The notes below the pieces were generated by a model. That model ran no database searches. It was given only the letters and a program-made list of their open reading frames with translations, and was not told the origin of the DNA. From NCBI GenBank assembly GCA_038045945.1, contig JBBSXC010000003.1, forward strand, positions 1 to 64,000: a stretch of 64,000 nt of DNA. The letters run 5' to 3'. Position numbers and translations under genes: made by a program. Shown here piece after piece: positions 56,945-64,000 of this stretch. Each line of letters starts with the position of its first letter. Within the stretch, counting starts at the first letter, position 1. This DNA is from Nanobdellota archaeon. Its GTDB lineage: Archaea > Nanobdellota > Nanobdellia > Pacearchaeales > GW2011-AR1.

Positions 56945-58522
56945 ATGACAGAAACAAAAAAAGAGGGAGGAGAAGAGAAAGTAGCGGGTAAAGACTTAGA
57001 ATTATTAAAAAGGCATTTTGGGTACGACAATTTCAGACCAATGCAAAAAGAAGTAATTGATGAAATAATAAAAGGAAATGATACACTAGTAATAATGCCC
57101 ACAGGAGGAGGAAAATCAATATGTTACCAGTTGCCATCACTAACTTTCGAAGGAATAACACTAGTAATATCACCACTAATATCACTCATGAAAGACCAAG
57201 TAGACAGCCTAAACGCGAACGGAATAAGCGCAGAATACATAAACTCATCACAAACACAAGGAGAAATAGAAGAAATAAAGGCAAGAATACAAATGGGAGA
57301 AATAAAACTATTATACATAGCACCAGAAAGACTATCACAAGAAGAATTTAAAGAATTCTTAAAAACACAAAAAATAAGCTTAATAGCAATTGATGAAGCA
57401 CACTGCATATCAGAATGGGGACACGACTTCAGACCAGAATACAGAAACCTAAAAAAATTAAGAGAAGAATACCCAAAAATACCAATAAGCGCATTAACAG
57501 CAACAGCAACAGAAAAAGTAAGATTGGACATAATAAAACAACTATCACTAAAAGAAGAGAAAGTATTCATATCAAGTTTTAACAGAAAAAACCTCATACT
57601 AAAAGTAGTAGAAAAAAACAGGGATGTAGACAGAATAATAGAACTATTACCAAAATACAAAGATGAATCAGTAATAATATATTGTTTTTCAAGAAAAGAC
57701 ACAGAAAGCATAGCAAAAAACTTGACAAATTACGGATTTAGCGCACTACCATACCACGCAGGACTAAGCCCAGAAACAAGGAGGAATAACCAAGAATTAT
57801 TCATAAAAGACAAAATAAACATAATAGTAGCAACAATAGCCTTCGGAATGGGAATAGACAAACCAGACGTAAGACTAGTAATACACCACACATTCCCAAA
57901 AACACTAGAAGGATACTACCAAGAAATAGGAAGAGCAGGAAGAGACGGCCTAGAAAGCGACTGCATAATGTTCTACTCAAACTCAGACAAAAGAAAACAC
58001 GAATACTTCATAGACATGATGACAGATAGAGAAAAAGCAGCACACGCAACAACAAAAATGGAAGAAGTAATGAGTTATTGCGAAGAAGAAGGATGCAGAA
58101 GAAAACACATACTAAAATACTTCGGAGAAAACTACAAAGAAGAAAACTGCCAAGCATGCGACAAGTGCATAGAATCAGAAAAACCACAAAAATCGATCAA
58201 AGAAACAAAAAAAGAGAAAGTGTACAAAGGAAGATTCTCACCATTTGAAGAAATAACAATAAAGAAAGAAACAAACATCTTCGAAGAAAAATTCGACAAA
58301 GAATTATTCGAAAAATTAAGACTTTTAAGAAAACAATTAGCAAACCAAAGAAACGTACCACCATTCGTAATCTTTAGCGACGTAACACTAAGAGAAATGT
58401 CAACGAGTATGCCAAAAAATGAAGAAGAATTATTAGAAATAAACGGAGTAGGACAACAAAAACTAAAAGACTTCGGAGACTTCTTCATAGAAGAAATAAG
58501 AAGACATAGAGAAAAAAGTTAA
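56945..58522 (+). CDS. recQ: ATP-dependent DNA helicase RecQ
   Basis: MPTGGGKS, DEAHCISEWGHDFRP, ATIAFGMGIDK, QEIGRAGRDG, Zn-binding Cys, HRDC. Confidence 0.96.
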   Translation: MTETKKEGGEEKVAGKDLELLKRHFGYDNFRPMQKEVIDEIIKGNDTLVIMPTGGGKSICYQLPSLTFEGITLVISPLISLMKDQVDSLNANGISAEYINSSQTQGEIEEIKARIQMGEIKLLYIAPERLSQEEFKEFLKTQKISLIAIDEAHCISEWGHDFRPEYRNLKKLREEYPKIPISALTATATEKVRLDIIKQLSLKEEKVFISSFNRKNLILKVVEKNRDVDRIIELLPKYKDESVIIYCFSRKDTESIAKNLTNYGFSALPYHAGLSPETRRNNQELFIKDKINIIVATIAFGMGIDKPDVRLVIHHTFPKTLEGYYQEIGRAGRDGLESDCIMFYSNSDKRKHEYFIDMMTDREKAAHATTKMEEVMSYCEEEGCRRKHILKYFGENYKEENCQACDKCIESEKPQKSIKETKKEKVYKGRFSPFEEITIKKETNIFEEKFDKELFEKLRLLRKQLANQRNVPPFVIFSDVTLREMSTSMPKNEEELLEINGVGQQKLKDFGDFFIEEIRRHREKS

Positions 58523-58648
58523 TCAGGCAACTATAAAAAAGTTTATCTGCGATAAACACAATTAGACAAAAAATTATATGAATAAAATTAAGATTTTTGA
58601 CGATTTCATCTTCATAATGTTAATAAACGATTTATAGTTCATGTTTTT

Positions 58649-58972
58649 ATGTCAAAATCAGAAATAGCAAAATACGCAATAATAAACGCATTATCAACAG
58701 CACTATACGTTATTATCCTGGTATCACTTATATTCTACTTTGGAAAAACCCTACAAGGCAGTGAAGAAACAATACTAATACCAATAGGGATGATAATGCT
58801 ATTCTTATTCTCAGCAAGCCTAACAGGAACACTAGTGCTAGGAAGACCAATAATGTGGTATTTAGACAACAAAAAGAAAGAAGCATTACAACTACTGCTC
58901 TCTACACTTATAATAATACTAATGATAACACTAATAGTATTCATAATGATGATAACAGTAGCATTATACTAA
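58649..58972 (+). CDS. 3-TM membrane protein
   Basis: Three hydrophobic helices. Confidence 0.75.
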   Translation: MSKSEIAKYAIINALSTALYVIILVSLIFYFGKTLQGSEETILIPIGMIMLFLFSASLTGTLVLGRPIMWYLDNKKKEALQLLLSTLIIILMITLIVFIMMITVALY

Positions 58973-58974
58973 TT

Positions 58975-59238
58975 ATGGACTACAAATTATCAGAAATAGC
59001 AGAGATGATGAAGATTTACGTAAGAGCAGAAGCAGAAACAAAAGATTACTTGTTCTTGTCAGCATCATCTATGAAAAATAAAGAACCAAAAATAAAAAGT
59101 GCTCAAAGAACAATAAAAGCAATAGAGGAGTACAAAAAGTTGCCATTAGAGTTAAGAAAAGAAATAGAAAAAGACACTAATATGAGCAGGATAGAAATGA
59201 TAGAAAAATTATGTCAAGAGACGATAAAAACAATCTAA
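58975..59238 (+). CDS. hypothetical protein
   Basis: ATG at 58975 directly after the upstream stop. Confidence 0.6.
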   Translation: MDYKLSEIAEMMKIYVRAEAETKDYLFLSASSMKNKEPKIKSAQRTIKAIEEYKKLPLELRKEIEKDTNMSRIEMIEKLCQETIKTI

Positions 59239-59242
59239 TCAT

Positions 59243-59776
59243 TCACATTAATTCTTTTCTAATAAGTTTGTGAGCAGCATTAATCTTTTGGAATAATTCA
59301 TGATTACCCTCAGGCATGTCGGGGTGGTGAATCCTAGCTAAATCCTTATACTTCTTAGTAATAAGATCATAATCATTTTCATTATCACTAACACCTAAAG
59401 TTTTACGAGCCTCTATAAGCTGCTCTGAGTGATCATCATCCTCAGAAAACTCTCGAGAAAACTCATCAGCAGAGATTTCTTTAGATAAAAGACGCTTAAC
59501 CTCAATCTTAAGAACCTGATCAATAATATAAAGATTCTCAACATATCTAGGCATTAAAGAATAAGAATACTTCAAGTTCCTACCATTAAAATACCAAGAA
59601 GCAGTAGCAGGAGATTTCTTACGAGCATTACTCTCAAGAGTGATGTGAACGTTATGACTATCAGTACCAAGACCTTTAAGAGTGAAAATAATATTATTCT
59701 TAAACTGTATTGCTTTACGATCGCAAGAGCTAATAATACTAGGAGTCTCTATCTCATTACCTTTAATCTTAACCAT
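59243..59776 (-). CDS. C-terminal J-domain protein
   Basis: ARKTLGV...YK.LA..HHPD...G..E.FQKINAA. Confidence 0.88.
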   Translation of the reverse strand: MVKIKGNEIETPSIISSCDRKAIQFKNNIIFTLKGLGTDSHNVHITLESNARKKSPATASWYFNGRNLKYSYSLMPRYVENLYIIDQVLKIEVKRLLSKEISADEFSREFSEDDDHSEQLIEARKTLGVSDNENDYDLITKKYKDLARIHHPDMPEGNHELFQKINAAHKLIRKELM

Positions 59777-59879
59777 TAAAACATAAGAGAAAAAAGCGTT
59801 TATAAAGGTGACCTAAAAAGAAAAAAAGCAAAAAAGTACTAACAGAATCCTTTATAAGCAAAGAAAAAAAGTAATAATC

Positions 59880-60419
59880 ATGGAAGAAAAAGAAAAAACA
59901 GAAGAAAAAAGTGCTTCAGAAACATTAGAAGAATCAGAAGGGAACGCAATGCTAGAAAAAATAATAAGTGTACTAAACGGAGAAAAATCGCAGATAGCAG
60001 AAGAAAAAATTAGCAAGGAATCAGAATACCTAGAAAAACTACAAAGATTACAAGCAGAATTCGAAAACTTCCGAAAAAGAGTAGAAAAAGAAAAACAAGA
60101 ACAACAAAGTAACGCAAACACAAACCTAATAGGAGAACTATTAAACGTAATGGACAATTTTGAACTATCACTAAAACACAACAAAGACAAAGGAGTAGAA
60201 ATGATATATCAAGAACTGAAAAAAACATTAGAAAAACAAGGACTAAAAGTCATAGAAACAAAAGGAAAATTCGACCCAAAAATACACGAAGCAGTAATAA
60301 AAATCGCAGGAAAAGAAGATGACGCTATATTAGAAGAGATACAAAAGGGTTATGTGCTAAACAATAAGCTTTTAAGGGCAGCAAAAGTAAAAATTAGTAA
60401 ACTGGAAGAAAAAAAATGA
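59880..60419 (+). CDS. grpE: nucleotide exchange factor GrpE
   Basis: [25 protein letters not shown]...LLRAA.V. Confidence 0.95.
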   Translation: MEEKEKTEEKSASETLEESEGNAMLEKIISVLNGEKSQIAEEKISKESEYLEKLQRLQAEFENFRKRVEKEKQEQQSNANTNLIGELLNVMDNFELSLKHNKDKGVEMIYQELKKTLEKQGLKVIETKGKFDPKIHEAVIKIAGKEDDAILEEIQKGYVLNNKLLRAAKVKISKLEEKK

Positions 60420-62260
60420 ACAAAATAAACAAAACAATAGGAATAGACCTAGGAACAACATTCTCAGCGGTAAGCGTAATGGAAGGAGGAAGGCCAAAAA
60501 TAATACCAAACACAGAAGGAAATAACACAACACCAAGCGTAGTATCAATAAACGGAAACGAAGTACTAGTAGGAGACGCAGCAAAAAGAGGAGCAGTAGC
60601 AAACCCAAAAAGCACAATAAGAAGCATAAAGAGACTTATGGGAACGAAAAAACTATCAATAATAGGAGACAAAGAATACACACCAGAACAAGTATCAGCA
60701 ATGATCCTACAAAAACTAAAAAGAGACGCAGAGGCATACCTAGGAGGAGAAGTAACAGACGCAGTAATAACAGTACCAGCATACTTTGGAGACGCACAAA
60801 GAAACGCAACAAAAGACGCAGGAATAATAGCAGGACTAAACGTTAAAAGAATAATAAACGAACCAACAGCAGCAGCATTAGCATATGGCCTAGAAAAATC
60901 ACACGAACACACAATACTAGTATTCGATTTCGGAGGAGGAACATTCGACGTATCAATACTAGAACTAGGAGGAGGAATATTCGAAGTAAAATCAACAAGC
61001 GGAGACAACTTCTTAGGAGGAGACGACATAGACAACCTAATAATAGAATTCTTAATAGCAGAATTCAAAAAAGAAAGTGGAATAGACCTAAAAAACGATC
61101 TTGTAGCATTACAAAGACTAAGAGACGCAAGCGAAAAAGCAAAAATAGAATTATCATCAGCACAACAAACAAAAATAACAATACCATACATAGCAGCAGG
61201 AGCAGACGGACCAAAACACTTAGACGTTAACTTGAGCAGAGCACACTTCGAAAAAATATGTGAACCAATATTTGAAAGACTAAAAAATCCGACAAAACAA
61301 GCAATAAAAGACGCTAAGATGCCAAAAATTGACAAAGTAATACTAGTTGGAGGAAGCACAAGAATACCAAAAGTACAAAAAATAGTAGAAGAACTAACGG
61401 GCCTAGTACCTGACAAATCAGTTAACCCAGACGAAGCAGTATCACTAGGAGCAGCAATACAAGGAGGAATAATAAGCGGAGACGTAAAAGACATACTACT
61501 ATTAGACGTAACACCACTAACACTAGGAATAGAAACGATGGGAGGACTAAAAATGTCCCTAATAGAAAGAAACACAACAATACCAACAAAAAAAAGCGAA
61601 GTATTCACAACAGCAGCAGACAACCAATACGCAGTAACAATAAACGTGCTACAAGGAGAAAGAGAAATGGCAGAAGACAATAAGTCCTTAGGAAAATTCG
61701 ACCTAGTAGGAATACCACCAGCACCAAGAGGAATACCACAAATAGAAGTAACATTTGACATTGACACAAACGGAATAGTAAAAGTATCAGCAAAAGACTT
61801 AGGAACAGGAAGAGAACAAAAAATAACAGTTACTGGAGGAGCACTAACAGAAAAAGAGATAGAAAGCATGATAAAAGACTCAGAAAAATTCAAAGAAGAA
61901 GACAAGAAAAAAAGAGAAAGAATAGTAACAAAGAACGAAGCAGAATCACTAGTATACTCAACAGAAAAAATGTTAGAAGAATACAAAGACAAGGTAGACA
62001 AAGAAACAATAAACAAAATACAAAAAGAAGTAACAACACTAAAAGAAGTATTAGCTACTGATAACCACGAAGAAATAAAAACAAGACTAGAAGAACTAAA
62101 AAAAGTATCACAAGAATTAGGAGTAAAAATTTATGAACAATCAGCAAAAGAAGCACAAGCAGGAAATGCGGCTAACAAAGAGGGAAAAGTAGTAGACGCA
62201 GAAGTAGTAGACGAACACAAAGGCCACGATCACGAAGGCGAACACAACCATTCTCACTAA
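60416..62260 (+). CDS. dnaK: chaperone DnaK (Hsp70)
   Basis: [40 protein letters not shown]. Confidence 0.98.
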   Translation: MNKINKTIGIDLGTTFSAVSVMEGGRPKIIPNTEGNNTTPSVVSINGNEVLVGDAAKRGAVANPKSTIRSIKRLMGTKKLSIIGDKEYTPEQVSAMILQKLKRDAEAYLGGEVTDAVITVPAYFGDAQRNATKDAGIIAGLNVKRIINEPTAAALAYGLEKSHEHTILVFDFGGGTFDVSILELGGGIFEVKSTSGDNFLGGDDIDNLIIEFLIAEFKKESGIDLKNDLVALQRLRDASEKAKIELSSAQQTKITIPYIAAGADGPKHLDVNLSRAHFEKICEPIFERLKNPTKQAIKDAKMPKIDKVILVGGSTRIPKVQKIVEELTGLVPDKSVNPDEAVSLGAAIQGGIISGDVKDILLLDVTPLTLGIETMGGLKMSLIERNTTIPTKKSEVFTTAADNQYAVTINVLQGEREMAEDNKSLGKFDLVGIPPAPRGIPQIEVTFDIDTNGIVKVSAKDLGTGREQKITVTGGALTEKEIESMIKDSEKFKEEDKKKRERIVTKNEAESLVYSTEKMLEEYKDKVDKETINKIQKEVTTLKEVLATDNHEEIKTRLEELKKVSQELGVKIYEQSAKEAQAGNAANKEGKVVDAEVVDEHKGHDHEGEHNHSH

Positions 62261-62354
62261 AAAATAATTTACTAATAACAACATCCTAATTAGTGAATCC
62301 AAAATAATCATTATCTTTCATTTAATTTAAAAAGTTAAATACTACATCATAATC

Positions 62355-63434
62355 ATGGCAAAAAAAGACTATTACGAAATATTAGGAGTAAAAAGTACAG
62401 ATTCTAATGAAACAATAAAGAAAAATTATAAGTTATTAGCACTAAAATACCACCCTGATAAAGCAGCGCCAGAAAAAAAGAAAGAGTACGAAGAAAAATT
62501 CAAAGAAATAAACGAAGCATACAGCACAATAGGAGACGAAGGAAAAAGAAGAAAATACGACTCTGGAGAAACAGCACAAAACTTTGGTGGAGGAGGATTT
62601 AGTCAATCACAAGGTTTTGGAGGAGAAGACTTATCGGACATACTATCAAACCTTTTCGGGGGAGGATCATTTAGAAACGCTTCAAAAAACCAGGGCGGCA
62701 GAAGAAGGGGAGAGGACTTAAGTTATGAAATAACAATAGAATTTACAGAGGCAGCATACGGGTGCGAAAAAGAAATAATAATAAAAAAAGATTATGTTTG
62801 TGAAAATTGTGAAGGATCAGGATCAGAAGACAAAGAATATGATAAGTGTGAAACATGTAACGGTCACGGAAGACTAAGAATAAGCCAAAAAACACCATTT
62901 GGAATAATGAACCAAACAATAATCTGCGAAAAATGCGAAGGAGCAGGAAAAATACCAAAAAACAAATGCACAAACTGTGAAGGTGAAGGAATAATAAACA
63001 AAAAAGAAAAAATAAAAATCAAGATACCAGCAGGAATAGACAATGGACAAACACTAAGAGTAGTAGGCGGAGGCCAAGCAATAAAAAACGGGGAAGAAGG
63101 AGACTTATTCTTAACAGTCAATGTTAAAGAGCACAAAGTATTCAATAGAACCGAATTCGACATTCATATGGACTTAGAAATAAGCTTCTCAAAAGCAGCC
63201 CTAGGAGGAGAAGTAGCAGTTACAACACTAAAAGGAGAATTATTAAGAATAAAAATATCAAAAGGAACACAAACAGGAAGCGTGTTAAGACTGGCTGGAA
63301 GAGGAATACCCATACTAAACAATAATAGTAAGTTTGGAGACCAATTCATAAAAATAATAGTAAAAACACCAAAAAAGTTAACAAAAAAACAAACAAAAAT
63401 ATTTGAAGAATTAGCAAAACTAGAAGAAGAATAA
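62355..63434 (+). CDS. dnaJ: chaperone DnaJ
   Basis: J-domain HPD, G/F region, four CxxCxGxG repeats. Confidence 0.97.
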   Translation: MAKKDYYEILGVKSTDSNETIKKNYKLLALKYHPDKAAPEKKKEYEEKFKEINEAYSTIGDEGKRRKYDSGETAQNFGGGGFSQSQGFGGEDLSDILSNLFGGGSFRNASKNQGGRRRGEDLSYEITIEFTEAAYGCEKEIIIKKDYVCENCEGSGSEDKEYDKCETCNGHGRLRISQKTPFGIMNQTIICEKCEGAGKIPKNKCTNCEGEGIINKKEKIKIKIPAGIDNGQTLRVVGGGQAIKNGEEGDLFLTVNVKEHKVFNRTEFDIHMDLEISFSKAALGGEVAVTTLKGELLRIKISKGTQTGSVLRLAGRGIPILNNNSKFGDQFIKIIVKTPKKLTKKQTKIFEELAKLEEE

Positions 63435-63479
63435 AAATATACTATAAACAAATATAAAGGGAAAAAATAGTAATAAACA

Positions 63480-63671
63480 ATGGAAAAATACAAAATAAAA
63501 GCAATAATCACAGAAGAGTTACCAGAAAGAGAAATAGAAGCAGAAAGCAAAGAAGAAGCAGAAGAAAAATACATGCAAATGTTTGAGAACGGAGAGATAA
63601 ACGGAGAAGAATACGAAGTAGACTTCGGAGACGGAGATGAGGATGAAGAAGACGATTCTAAAGTTGAATAA
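63480..63671 (+). CDS. small acidic protein
   Basis: 63-aa ORF, IEAESKEEA motif. Confidence 0.6.
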   Translation: MEKYKIKAIITEELPEREIEAESKEEAEEKYMQMFENGEINGEEYEVDFGDGDEDEEDDSKVE

Positions 63672-63809
63672 TCAACAAATCACTATTTCTTCATTATGAC
63701 TCTTTTAATAGCACCATAAGCGCCAAGAATAAAAACTAATGATGGTAGCAAGATGGAAAAAGATAAGAAAATCAAAAGGATTTAAATAGGAAGAGAAATA
63801 TAAAGAACA

Positions 63810-63971
63810 ATGGCATCATACCCCCCAGGAGCAAAGAAACAAAAATTAGATTATACAGTAGACAAGGCAGTATATGACTCGTTCATGAAAAAAAGTAGCA
63901 ATATGGGATTCGCACCACAAGTAATAATAGAAAAATTTATGAAAAAATTCTCAGAAACAGGACAAATATAA
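63810..63971 (+). CDS. small RHH-like protein (53 aa)
   Basis: MASYPPGAKKQKLDYTVDKAVYDSFMKK...IIEKFM; TATA-like TTTAAATA about 25 nt upstream. Confidence 0.6.
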   Translation: MASYPPGAKKQKLDYTVDKAVYDSFMKKSSNMGFAPQVIIEKFMKKFSETGQI

Positions 63972-64000
63972 AAAAATATTACTAAAAAGTCTAACTTACA

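Noticed and set aside
60394-62016. 540-aa antisense ORF over dnaK and the many other Leu/Phe/Ile-rich overlapping ORFs in the track
   Set aside because: Shadows of real genes; the skewed codon usage removes stops from alternative frames, and no motifs are recognisable
63684-63776. Possible ~30-aa hydrophobic peptide on the - strand
   Set aside because: No ATG start or SD, and too short to support
1-64000. Alternative genetic code with UGA reassigned
   Set aside because: TGA serves as the stop in many ATGA overlaps, including grpE/dnaK, and conserved genes translate fully with code 11

Overview
Low-GC chromosomal segment of a small-genome archaeon, most consistent with DPANN (Pacearchaeota/Woesearchaeota-like). 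The assignment rests on archaeal aIF2-gamma, rpl7ae-rps28e-rpl24e, Kae1, uS10, CCA-less tRNA-Ser(GGA) and tRNA-Asp(GTC), and TATA-like promoters, alongside bacterial-type gyrAB, RecQ, Xth and grpE-dnaK-dnaJ. The main accessory region (27.3-43.1 kb) holds two diverged copies of one module: a small AbrB-like gene coupled to a membrane Ser/Thr kinase, a convergent AbrB-PhoU regulator, a divergent cargo operon and a TA pair. The cargo genes are joined by SD+ATGA overlaps with repeated junction DNA. They include a stand-alone sigma-54 RpoN-box domain, a Fis-type HTH of enhancer-binding-protein type, two receiver-like proteins and a signal-peptide protein resembling an outer-membrane beta-barrel, none of which fits archaeal biology. 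Other notable items: a cassette-like array delimited by copies of the tRNA-Asp 3' end with no integrase, a 251-bp inverted-repeat element, a minihelix-like RNA hairpin ending in ACCA, a Cys-rich gene with UGA at a CxxC position, a TopIB-like enzyme, an M9 collagenase fused to a Cys-rich surface module, ArmA/Rmt-like and MmtN-like methyltransferases, and extreme strand-dependent codon usage. All calls come from motif recognition by eye; no searches were run.
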